This document shows, one piece after another, positions 1-8,712 of a DNA stretch of 64,000 bases. Position numbers and translations under genes: made by a program. Origin of the DNA: a virus (lineage: Duplodnaviria > Caudoviricetes); IMG/VR virus record IMGVR_UViG_3300044695_006401; one strand, 5' to 3'. Numbering within the stretch: the stretch's first letter is position 1; every line of letters begins with the position of its first letter. A model generated the notes under the pieces. It saw only the letters and a list, made by a program, of their open reading frames with translations, did not search any database and was not told the DNA's origin.

Positions 1-2499
1 GTATTGTACATTATCACCATTTAAGACTATAGACCCTAAATCCACCCCTCGTGGGATTGATACTGATGTTATATCAATATTTGACACACCAAATATTGTG
101 TTCATTTTTGTCAACAATTCACCCGCATTACCAGCGGCAACCATTTCTTTTTGTTTTTGTTTTACCATATTTAAGTAATCCTTGGGTAACTTTGGAACAT
201 ATTTCATATTGTTTTTTACAAATTCTCCTTGTTCTTTATCGATAATTCCCTCTTTTACTAAGTCGTCTACTCGATTTTTAAAAATCGGTAGAGCAATTTG
301 TTGAGTCTTAATTATTTGATCATAACCAACTTCTTCAACTCTCTCCTCCAAACGATTGTTAGTCTTTTCAATTATCTTATCATTTTTCTTAATTATTTCT
401 TGATTAGATTTCTCTCCTACTGCCGCTTTAGTTGCATCCACAATATTGTCATACTCACCAGGGTTGTCTTTATAATAACTAAGCCTGTTATAAAGTTGAA
501 TTATCGTGTTGTCCGCAAATCCTGGAACTGCGATTTGTAGTACGTCGGTCCATTCATTACCTCCAGGTATTTTACCCATATATTGCTCAAACCCAAATTC
601 TACAATTGACTTACCTGATATAAAATCGATATATTCGGGTAACCAGTAAGCCTCAAATAAATTTTTATCCTTGGTGTCCATCCCAACTACATTTCTCGCC
701 TTTTGGAATGCGTCAAAAATAGCAGAGAGTAATCCGGCAACAAACGGAACTAAAATATATCTTAAACCAATAGTTTTTAATGTGTTGTAATAAATCGTCC
801 TTCCTCTATATCCCTTTGTTGCCAATAATCTCTCAACCTCTCTAGGTGTCTTCCAAGATCCTGTCGTAAACCATGACAGTACTTTACTGTTCATAATAAA
901 CTCACCCATTTTGTCCTTAATAACTGTGGTAACTTCATTATTTTTTACGGTTTTGGACATGTCTTCGAATTTTTTACTAGTTTCTTCTGACATTTTTTTA
1001 AAGTCCATACCACCCTCATCGACAGATGCTTTATTAAAAAGGTCTCTAATAGATGCTGATCTAAAACCCGGAGGTTGTTCATCAACCACTTTACAAAAAC
1101 TTTGGAATGACTCTATATCTTGTTGGGTTGTAAGTTTCTTAACCGCGTTTTCTTTGAAAGCCTTCCACAAATCTTCTACAAAAAGTTCTCGACTATATTT
1201 TGCCGGATCCAAAATAATTTCAGATCGTAGTTTTAGTAATCTATCTTTTATTTTAAAAAGATAATATGGATCTAACTTTGTTGGGTTTTCACTAACATTT
1301 CTATATGCTGCCAATCCCTCTCCGAACGCCTTTTCAAATTCTTTAGCATATGTTTCAAATTTAGGTTTCAAGGTACTATTGATTACTGCATCAACTAATA
1401 CTTCAAAATTTGCAACCCACCATCTAAATAATGGTCTAAAATATTTAACATACCATGAATCAAAATTTACATTTTTCGCACTCAAAATTTTAAATGTGTT
1501 TCCTAATTCTTCCAATCTTTCTGATCTAATTACAAATTCAAGGGAGTCATCAAGATTTACATCAATCCCCTTTTTGAAATCATCAACATCTTTTATAAAT
1601 TGTTTTTGTTGGTCGTTTAATTCATCCTGATTTTTTTGTAATAATTCTTCGTATTTGCTTAAAAACTTTGCATCAACTCCTTGTCCACCAATGCTTTTAA
1701 TAACCTCATCAGCGTTTAAACCTAAAGGGGCGTCCCCATATTTTACAGTTTTTGTTCTTTTTGGATAGTTGAATACTTGTTTGTTTTCAACCATATCATC
1801 TAGTAACTGTTTTGTTTTTGAAAAATTTCTTAAGAATTCTGATGTTTGTTGAAAAAGCAAGTTTGGATCCACTATCGACGGGTCAATTTTTCCCGTTTTT
1901 ACATTGTGTTTAATTATGTAATTAATGTTATCGTCGATCAAATCAAATACTTCGTCAACATTATTTAACTTTTGTCCTGATGTGGATATTCCATATATCG
2001 CCTCGTAAAAAGTTTCATCTAATAGCGTATATAAACGATTCATTGGATGGTTTCTGTTACGAAGTAATGCTTTTACGGCATCTTCTGATATTTTCTTTAT
2101 TTGATCGGGATTAAGTTTAATTTTGGAAAGTCCCGCCAATGATGTATTCGGAACGGCATCGTCAGGGAATTTATTTGCCAAATCAGATAAAAAATCATCT
2201 GTAGTAGAAAGTATTTTTCTCACTTCGATGTCATTTCTTAAAACTTTCATCAGATTTTCAATTTCATCATCAGTAAGACCACCAGCTTCAATTAGTTTGA
2301 GTTGTATTTCATCTAATTCCGAATCAGTTATTTTAACGCCCTTTTGTCTTACAGACTTTAATATTGTCATAAAACTATCAAACGATCTAGGTGCTTTGAT
2401 TGCTAAAGTTTTTAACCAAGTTCCTTGTTCAACAATTAGTTTTTGAACACCCATGAGTTCCTGTATTCTCGATATTTCAGATATGAGTTCTTTTTTCAT
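1..2499 (-). CDS. Large leader-bearing protein with a hydrophobic segment, 3' end truncated by window edge (>833 aa)
   Basis: Not in ORF track because it runs off the edge. Hand translation from ATG 2499 gives MKKELISEISRIQELMGVQKLIVEQ; no stop in the parts checked (1-960 and ~1800-2499). Hydrophobic stretch IGLRYILVPFVAGLLSAIF near 720-780; TATTTAT upstream. Confidence 0.8.
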   Translation of the reverse strand, partial: MKKELISEISRIQELMGVQKLIVEQGTWLKTLAIKAPRSFDSFMTILKSVRQKGVKITDSELDEIQLKLIEAGGLTDDEIENLMKVLRNDIEVRKILSTTDDFLSDLANKFPDDAVPNTSLAGLSKIKLNPDQIKKISEDAVKALLRNRNHPMNRLYTLLDETFYEAIYGISTSGQKLNNVDEVFDLIDDNINYIIKHNVKTGKIDPSIVDPNLLFQQTSEFLRNFSKTKQLLDDMVENKQVFNYPKRTKTVKYGDAPLGLNADEVIKSIGGQGVDAKFLSKYEELLQKNQDELNDQQKQFIKDVDDFKKGIDVNLDDSLEFVIRSERLEELGNTFKILSAKNVNFDSWYVKYFRPLFRWWVANFEVLVDAVINSTLKPKFETYAKEFEKAFGEGLAAYRNVSENPTKLDPYYLFKIKDRLLKLRSEIILDPAKYSRELFVEDLWKAFKENAVKKLTTQQDIESFQSFCKVVDEQPPGFRSASIRDLFNKASVDEGGMDFKKMSEETSKKFEDMSKTVKNNEVTTVIKDKMGEFIMNSKVLSWFTTGSWKTPREVERLLATKGYRGRTIYYNTLKTIGLRYILVPFVAGLLSAIFDAFQKARNVVGMDTKDKNLFEAYWLPEYIDFISGKSIVEFGFEQYMGKIPGGNEWTDVLQIAVPGFADNTIIQLYNRLSYYKDNPGEYDNIVDATKAAVGEKSNQEIIKKNDKIIEKTNNRLEERVEEVGYDQIIKTQQIALPIFKNRVDDLVKEGIIDKEQGEFVKNNMKYVPKLPKDYLNMVKQKQKEMVAAGNAGELLTKMNTIFGVSNIDITSVSIPRGVDLGSIVLNGDNVQY

Positions 2500-2540
2500 T
2501 TTATATAAATATACCCTAATTATTTAAATAATATAGTTTA

Positions 2541-4667
2541 TCAGTTCTTTATCAAGGTGTCTGATTTTTTACTTACCATATTTAACATATTTTCATCAAA
2601 CTCGAGGTCATTTAAATCATCGGTAATTTCTTTTATTTTTTTTCCTTTTTGTTTGTTTAATTCCTCCTGTACTTCTTCTTTAGTGACTTGACTTTCATTC
2701 TTCTTTTCCCACTCAAGTTGATTTTTTTCGATTTGAGAACTCGCTTGTTCTATAGCTAATTTTATTGATTTTGAATCTAAAGAAATATTACCGTAATTAT
2801 TTATTTTGTCAAATTTTTTGGAGTCTTCCAATAATGATTCTAATGTATCATTTCCACAAACACCGTCAGGATTCAATCCTCTATTTTTTTGATATTTTTT
2901 AATTACATTTTCAGTGTATTTATCATAATATCCCCATTTGAATGATGAATTAACGGCACCCAAATTATATGCGGGAGACGACTTTTTCAAAGAAAATATT
3001 TTGAAGTTTCGTTTTGTATCGTCCGATAATGTAATATTAACTATATATACCCCTTCTTGTAATTTAGACATGTCAACAAGTATGTTAGTTTTTTCATCAT
3101 TATTTTTTGATGCCATTTCTCTACCGTAAACACTATACACTTTGACACTACTTATTTCTTCAGCATTCTGAAAGTTCAAAATCATATTTTTACTATCGTA
3201 GCTATAGCTAGCAACTTTTTGATCACTTTTAATACCTAGTTTTTTTAGAACATACTGAATAAAAACAACTTCATACATAAAAGTATTCTTAAAATTTTTC
3301 TCACTAAATGTAAGATTAGATTTTATTATTTGTTCCAATGACATGACAACAATATCCTTTAAAGTACTAAGTTGTTTCTCTATGTCATCAATTAGTTTTT
3401 CTTTCTCTTCTGTATCGCATCTTTCAGCAAATCTTTGTGTTGCTCCGCCAATTTTACCTAAGAGAGATAATATTTTATTTTCTGAACCTTCAAGGTCTTG
3501 TAGACTAAACGACCTACAAACTCCAAGACCACTTGCGATTGCGTCCCATGTCATAAAACCACCTCCCATTACAAGACCTGCTTGTGTTAAAAAATTTGCA
3601 GGTAACAAAGATTTTTTTACTAAGTATAGTAAAAATTCTAAAAACTTTTCTACATTTTTAGTTAGAGTCATTAGTGTTTTGGTTACTACATTTTTCATGG
3701 CAGTTTTAAGTGCCAATTTTACATAATAGTCTTGATTCTCAATAAATTCATTTAAAGCTTGTCTTTCTTGTGAACTTAACGATTCGGAACCGATCTTTCC
3801 TGCTTTCCATAAACCTAACTTTTCTAAAAACTTTTTGAACTTAGGTATGCCCATATTCTTTAGGTATTTTGCCAAAAGAGTAAAACCAGGCACTAAAGCA
3901 AATACCATACCTAATCCTGCCATATATATATCACCATCTACCGTGGCATAAATAGCAGCATCTAATAATTCGAGTGAAAACTCTACTAATCCATAACCTA
4001 AACTAGTTCCAATACCACCCGTCGCTATTGCAACTAATACCGCAGATACGGGTAACACAACATGTAAAAGTTCTCTTGTATATGGAGGTATCATTTGTTT
4101 GGCTATTGTTGTGGATGGGTCAAAAACTGATTCATAAGAATATTTTTCATATGGATTAAATTTTTGAAGAATATTTTGATATTGTATTAACCATTTGTCA
4201 TTTTTCTGATATTGTATTTCAGAAGCCATATTAACATCCCTATTAAGTTCTTGAAAAAATGGGTCTTGGGCAACACTAAACTCTTGTTGTTGTAAAAACT
4301 GAATTATTGTTAACCCTACCGATTCGGGAAAATTTTTGTGTATTAATTTTAAAAGTATGTCATACTGATTTTTGTTTTTTAAGGTTTTTAATGATTCTAG
4401 TAATCCGTCCTCATCTGTACCCCATTTCCAAAACTCAACCCAGTATGAATCTTTGTTTATTTCTTTTTTAATTTTTTCAAAAACTCTATATGCAACTGTC
4501 GTGTCTTTAGATGGTCTGTTAGTATCAATTAATGGTTGGAACTGCCCTTCTGAACCTAATCTATCACTTTTAACGGTTTGTTCCATTAAAGTCTTAGATC
4601 TATCAAAATTGATTAATGATAATTGTCTAAGTAGTTCAATATTTAGTGATAAATCTTTGTCCATCAT
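2541..4667 (-). CDS. Leader-bearing ~708 aa protein with Gly/Ala-rich hydrophobic region and a peptidoglycan-binding domain interrupted by a T9SS-CTD-like Ig domain
   Basis: Start moved to ATG 4667 (ATGA overlap with upstream stop); VLPVSAVLVAIATGGIG segment; VVFIQYVLKKLG...YYDKYTENVIKKYQKNRGLNPDGVCGNDTLESL; VKVYSVYGRE...VDMSKLQEGVYIVNI. Confidence 0.7.
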   Translation of the reverse strand: MMDKDLSLNIELLRQLSLINFDRSKTLMEQTVKSDRLGSEGQFQPLIDTNRPSKDTTVAYRVFEKIKKEINKDSYWVEFWKWGTDEDGLLESLKTLKNKNQYDILLKLIHKNFPESVGLTIIQFLQQQEFSVAQDPFFQELNRDVNMASEIQYQKNDKWLIQYQNILQKFNPYEKYSYESVFDPSTTIAKQMIPPYTRELLHVVLPVSAVLVAIATGGIGTSLGYGLVEFSLELLDAAIYATVDGDIYMAGLGMVFALVPGFTLLAKYLKNMGIPKFKKFLEKLGLWKAGKIGSESLSSQERQALNEFIENQDYYVKLALKTAMKNVVTKTLMTLTKNVEKFLEFLLYLVKKSLLPANFLTQAGLVMGGGFMTWDAIASGLGVCRSFSLQDLEGSENKILSLLGKIGGATQRFAERCDTEEKEKLIDDIEKQLSTLKDIVVMSLEQIIKSNLTFSEKNFKNTFMYEVVFIQYVLKKLGIKSDQKVASYSYDSKNMILNFQNAEEISSVKVYSVYGREMASKNNDEKTNILVDMSKLQEGVYIVNITLSDDTKRNFKIFSLKKSSPAYNLGAVNSSFKWGYYDKYTENVIKKYQKNRGLNPDGVCGNDTLESLLEDSKKFDKINNYGNISLDSKSIKLAIEQASSQIEKNQLEWEKKNESQVTKEEVQEELNKQKGKKIKEITDDLNDLEFDENMLNMVSKKSDTLIKN

Positions 4668-5113
4668 GATGCGTATTTTCCTGTTGGTCCGTAACCTCTT
4701 CCTGAAGTCCATTTATAACCCGTACCTTGGTAAGTCGGACCTTTAGTTCTCCCACTATCCCAAACAGTGTTCCCGACAGGGTTTCCCTTAGATCTATTGA
4801 CTCCACTTTCCCACTTACTTACAGTACCTCCCCCTGAAGATGCGGTATCAGTAGTGGTATCTGTGGTAGTATCTGTTGTAGTTGCAGTTTCTTCACCCTC
4901 TTCTTTGATTTCACCTTCACCCATCCCATCAGAATCATAACTATCCATTTCTTTGTCCATTTCTGGATTTACACCATATTGTGATGGTCCTGTTTGTCTT
5001 GGGTCTTGGTCGTCCGCATAGTCACCATACGGATCTTTTGTAAACTCCGTTGATCCTTCTAAGATATTCATCAAATTTTTGATGCGTGATATGCTCTCTT
5101 GTAAATTTTTCAT
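4664..5113 (-). CDS. Leader-bearing acidic low-complexity protein with three W-x-S-G repeats
   Basis: MKNLQESISRIKNLMNILE leader; TTDT repeats; KWESG/VWDSG/KWTSG. Confidence 0.75.
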   Translation of the reverse strand: MKNLQESISRIKNLMNILEGSTEFTKDPYGDYADDQDPRQTGPSQYGVNPEMDKEMDSYDSDGMGEGEIKEEGEETATTTDTTTDTTTDTASSGGGTVSKWESGVNRSKGNPVGNTVWDSGRTKGPTYQGTGYKWTSGRGYGPTGKYAS

Positions 5114-5150
5114 TTACTAATAAATACTTTAACAATAAGAAAAATAAGAT

Positions 5151-6488
5151 TTATCCTTTGTATTGTAAATGGAAGTGAGGACCTGTGGAAGCATCCGAGG
5201 GGTCATTATATTCGTCAATATAACCGAATCCAGAATATTGACCTTTATAATTATTCAATAGATTTATAAATTGGCGATGATAACCCCCATCCAAAGTAAC
5301 ATCTAAAGCCTTACCCATAGAGTGTAGACTAGTATAATTTAATCCATGATGGAATTTATCATTTCCAGATGTCACAACTAAATTTGCGTTAGGAACCATT
5401 TTTTTAAATTCCTGAAATAGTGATGTTACAATACCTAAAAACTTAGGATCAACATTTCCTCCACTATCTATATCTGCACCACCACCCTTTAGTTGTACGC
5501 CAATATTAGACATTTCTTGTTTGAAATCCGAAACGGACCTGTTAATCATCTCGAATTCATCTTCAGGTTCAACATCTTTTAATATTTTACTTAAAAACTT
5601 ACTCAAGTCATCCTCATCAAATCCATGAACTCTTAATTCATAAATTAATTCCTCTAAAGTGTCATTATCAGATATACCTGTTGGTTGAATTGTATTATCC
5701 ATTTGGAACTTTTTTACCGCCTTTTCTGTTTCTTCATCGTAAAACCCATTTTCGGTCAAGTCCCCATACCCTAAGAATGATAATGCTATTTTAATAATCC
5801 TAACATCATCAATATCACTAAACCTGTCATCAATACTGTAACTATTTTTTGATTTAACAATTAAATCGAAGTTATCTAAAAACTCATATATCGTGTCGTA
5901 ATCTGTTTCGTCATTAATATTAAGGTTTTGGTTTTTCTGTAAAATTTCTTTTTGATCTTCATTTTCAAATTCAAATCCACCATCGTTAATAAAATTATCA
6001 ACAACCCCTCTTAGGTTTCTTATAACTTTACTACCCTTTGAAAGTACCTCATCCCCAAAAGAAAAGTAGTTACCGACAACATTTACTTTGTCTTTTTCTA
6101 ACATCTGATGAAATATGATTTCATCATCACCAATTTTGTCCCATTGTTCGTCATCAAAGTCATATTCATCGATATCAATATATCCTTTCATCAAATAAAG
6201 TTCAGCATTAGGAAATACTCTTGAAAGTTCATTAACTAATGCCGATATGCTCGTATTTGGGTCAAATAAATCGTTTGACCCAACAGAAAAAAACAAAGTA
6301 TCAACAAATGGATATGGTTCTTGTCTAGTAAGTTGCATCAATAATAGATTGACATCGATGTTTGGATCTATAAGGTCTATTGGTCTAAATAAATCTGAAT
6401 TATCCAACAAGTAGGCAATTTCATCACCGATTACTGCAACATTTGGTTCGTTAACAAAATCCTCTTGTAAATTAAAAATCTTTTTCAT
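5151..6488 (-). CDS. Multidomain wall hydrolase: degenerate SGNH-like N-terminus, PG-binding domain, peptidase M15-like Zn domain
   Basis: VIGDEIA...SVGSNDL; NGFYDEETEKAVKKFQ...PTGI; VTSGND...SLHSMGKALDV...PHFHLQ (H-x6-D...H). Confidence 0.65.
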   Translation of the reverse strand: MKKIFNLQEDFVNEPNVAVIGDEIAYLLDNSDLFRPIDLIDPNIDVNLLLMQLTRQEPYPFVDTLFFSVGSNDLFDPNTSISALVNELSRVFPNAELYLMKGYIDIDEYDFDDEQWDKIGDDEIIFHQMLEKDKVNVVGNYFSFGDEVLSKGSKVIRNLRGVVDNFINDGGFEFENEDQKEILQKNQNLNINDETDYDTIYEFLDNFDLIVKSKNSYSIDDRFSDIDDVRIIKIALSFLGYGDLTENGFYDEETEKAVKKFQMDNTIQPTGISDNDTLEELIYELRVHGFDEDDLSKFLSKILKDVEPEDEFEMINRSVSDFKQEMSNIGVQLKGGGADIDSGGNVDPKFLGIVTSLFQEFKKMVPNANLVVTSGNDKFHHGLNYTSLHSMGKALDVTLDGGYHRQFINLLNNYKGQYSGFGYIDEYNDPSDASTGPHFHLQYKG

Positions 6489-6790
6489 TTGATTTGTGTT
6501 TTAGGTAGTTTGTCGGGATACACAACATAATATTCATTCAAAAATGTCAATAAGTCATCTTCGTTATTAATATAATCATATTCATCATTATCCCATTCGT
6601 CCTCCTCGTCGATTATTGATTCAAAAATATCAAAGTCTTTACTGTTGTCAAAACCAAACTCTTCAAAAAAAGAATATTCGATAATATCTTCTCTTACATT
6701 ATCTTCAGAGTCGCCTAATAACCTAAACTCAATGTTTATTATATTTTGAGTTTTGTCAACATAATGTGATATAACTTCAATTACTTCCAT
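6485..6790 (-). CDS. Acidic hypothetical protein
   Basis: 101 aa ORF coupled to neighbours. Confidence 0.75.
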   Translation of the reverse strand: MEVIEVISHYVDKTQNIINIEFRLLGDSEDNVREDIIEYSFFEEFGFDNSKDFDIFESIIDEEDEWDNDEYDYINNEDDLLTFLNEYYVVYPDKLPKTQIK

Positions 6791-7284
6791 TAATTGTATT
6801 TTTGAAATCTTTTGAACATATCTAATGATTTATATACATTCTCCTCAATTTGATCTCTTTGTTGTTGTAAATCTTCATCCTTATTAAGTAAATCATCTAA
6901 ATTAGATTCTTCGTAAACTTCTTCCTCCACTTCATATTCATAAACATCCGAAGGTCCCTTTGATTCAAAATCATAAGGTCTTTTACCCATACCCATTTGT
7001 GTCATAGATTGTTGTGGACCTTTAGAGTCAAAGTCATACGCCGGTGTAATCTCATCATAGTTGAGTGGTTTTGCTGTAATCTCATTAATATTATGATTTC
7101 TGTAGTTCCCAACCTCACCTCTAGAATTAACAGTAATTCCTTCTTTATCACCAGTGGCGTCGTAAACCCTCAATGGAGTCATATTAGATGGAATATTACC
7201 TACCGCATAACCATTATATAATTCACTGTGTTTTTTTAATATTTCTTGTCTTTCATCATTAGACATTATTGAATATCCTCTCAT
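6790..7284 (-). CDS. Leader-bearing hypothetical protein
   Basis: MSNDERQEILKKH leader type; coupled ORF. Confidence 0.75.
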   Translation of the reverse strand: MRGYSIMSNDERQEILKKHSELYNGYAVGNIPSNMTPLRVYDATGDKEGITVNSRGEVGNYRNHNINEITAKPLNYDEITPAYDFDSKGPQQSMTQMGMGKRPYDFESKGPSDVYEYEVEEEVYEESNLDDLLNKDEDLQQQRDQIEENVYKSLDMFKRFQKYN

Positions 7285-7964
7285 TCTATTTCTTTATTTA
7301 AAAATTTATTACCTCCAAACATCCAAAATTGTTTAGCCGTTGTTGCCAAACGACCCATAGTTCTTTGAACCCTCGGAATACTTATTTCTTCGTTTTTTTT
7401 CTCAAGATATTTTAAGGATGCCCTTACAAACAAATCATAAATGTCTTGGGATCGACCAACAAGTTTATCTATAAGTATCTGCTTATCTTCATCAGGAGTT
7501 CTGTGGTAACTTTGTAATTTGAAAAAATCTTTTATATAGTCAGGACCCATTAATAAAAACTTACCACCTTCCGTAGCCATATTGTGTGAACCGATTCTTC
7601 TTTCAAGCTCCAAAAACTTATATATCTCATCTAAATCTCTTGTTGAAAAACATGCTAAAAAATCACCTTTAGCCATTAGGTCATCAAGATTTTTAAAATT
7701 AATTTCTTGTATGTCTTCCTTTTTTTCTTCTTCATCCATTAACCACCCATCAACATCGGGTAATAATGAAAGAGTACTGATTACTTTACCATCATTATCA
7801 AACCAATTCACTCGGTATTGGTAATCAACGGAACCACCGAAAGAAGGTATTTTTTCTACTTTTATAACTTCACCTTTAGTTCCGGGACCAACATCCTCCC
7901 CATCCATATGGACAAGAATGATTTTATCACCGGTGTCAAGTTTAGGGTTTAATCCTTTTTTCAT
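7281..7964 (-). CDS. Hypothetical protein, possible SH3-like N-terminal domain
   Basis: GDKIILVHM...GTKGEVIKV...YRVNW; TATTTAT upstream. Confidence 0.65.
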   Translation of the reverse strand: MKKGLNPKLDTGDKIILVHMDGEDVGPGTKGEVIKVEKIPSFGGSVDYQYRVNWFDNDGKVISTLSLLPDVDGWLMDEEEKKEDIQEINFKNLDDLMAKGDFLACFSTRDLDEIYKFLELERRIGSHNMATEGGKFLLMGPDYIKDFFKLQSYHRTPDEDKQILIDKLVGRSQDIYDLFVRASLKYLEKKNEEISIPRVQRTMGRLATTAKQFWMFGGNKFLNKEIE

Positions 7965-7984
7965 ATCTATAAATAGTATATAAA

Positions 7985-8016
7985 AACAAAACCCAATCGT
8001 ATGATCAGGTTTTGTT
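7985..8016. terminator. Intrinsic terminator-like hairpin
   Basis: AACAAAACC...GGTTTTGTT after CAP gene stop. Confidence 0.5.
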
Positions 8017-8020
8017 AAAA

Positions 8021-8641
8021 TTAGTGTCCGTTAAATTTTAATCCTTCATTAGGTCCTGTTCCTGTCACAACAACTGTAGATACCATAGAACCCTTAATCA
8101 TCACATCAATGGCAATATACTTGTAGTCTCTATCTTCCAAAATCTTTTTGTGTGGTGGAGAATTTAAAAAAGACTCTAAAACTTTTTTTGCCTGAACCTC
8201 ATTAGATGGTCTAACCCCTCCACTATTTATTACCTCACCAATAGGTCCAAAGTCTTTATTCGTATTGTAGTATCTGATTCTATCTGCAAAGTTTGGAATT
8301 AACTGTGTTTTACCCTTGTATTCAAAAGTTGATCCGTCACTAGTGGTGCTTTTTTGTGGTTCCCCGTGACTAATAAAATACTTTTCTTGTTTGAAAGACT
8401 TATCTTGATTTTGTGGTTTATTTACCCAAACCATATCAAACAAATAATTGTTATGATGCTCACACGCAAGACTTGCATTTTTATTTATTGTTAAATCAAC
8501 AACAGAGTCACCATACAAAGTCTTTCTGTGTTCGTTCAGATATTTTAAAAAATAAAACTCAACACTATCTGAAAAAATAGTTGTTTGTGTATAACCAAAA
8601 GTGTAAATAAAAAAAGATAAAAAAACTAATAGACTTTTCAT
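8021..8641 (-). CDS. Secreted CAP (SCP-like) domain protein
   Basis: Signal peptide ending FGYT|Q; LNEHRK...ACEHH...SH...GEVI...FLNSPPHKKIL. Confidence 0.8.
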   Translation of the reverse strand: MKSLLVFLSFFIYTFGYTQTTIFSDSVEFYFLKYLNEHRKTLYGDSVVDLTINKNASLACEHHNNYLFDMVWVNKPQNQDKSFKQEKYFISHGEPQKSTTSDGSTFEYKGKTQLIPNFADRIRYYNTNKDFGPIGEVINSGGVRPSNEVQAKKVLESFLNSPPHKKILEDRDYKYIAIDVMIKGSMVSTVVVTGTGPNEGLKFNGH

Positions 8642-8660
8642 GTGGAGGTGGTTTATACCA

Positions 8661-8668
8661 CAAATATA
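8661..8668 (-). promoter_or_regulatory. Bacteroidota sigma -7 element TATATTTG
   Basis: Matches TAnnTTTG, 20 nt upstream of CAP gene. Confidence 0.7.
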
Positions 8669-8712
8669 TACATTTTTTTATTTTTAAAGATATTTATTTT
8701 AAAATATTTTAA

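Noticed and set aside
51-2446. Plus-strand ORFs 51-245, 298-540, 911-1264, 1379-1630, 2123-2446 and many similar antisense ORFs across the window
   Set aside because: Shadows of longer minus-strand genes; Ser/Phe/Leu-rich antisense composition, no upstream motifs
2500-2512. TATAAATA as canonical T4 late promoter
   Set aside because: It lies on the non-coding strand relative to adjacent genes; the coding-strand motif is TATTTAT
4845-4885. 12-bp imperfect repeats
   Set aside because: Simply encode the TTDT low-complexity linker
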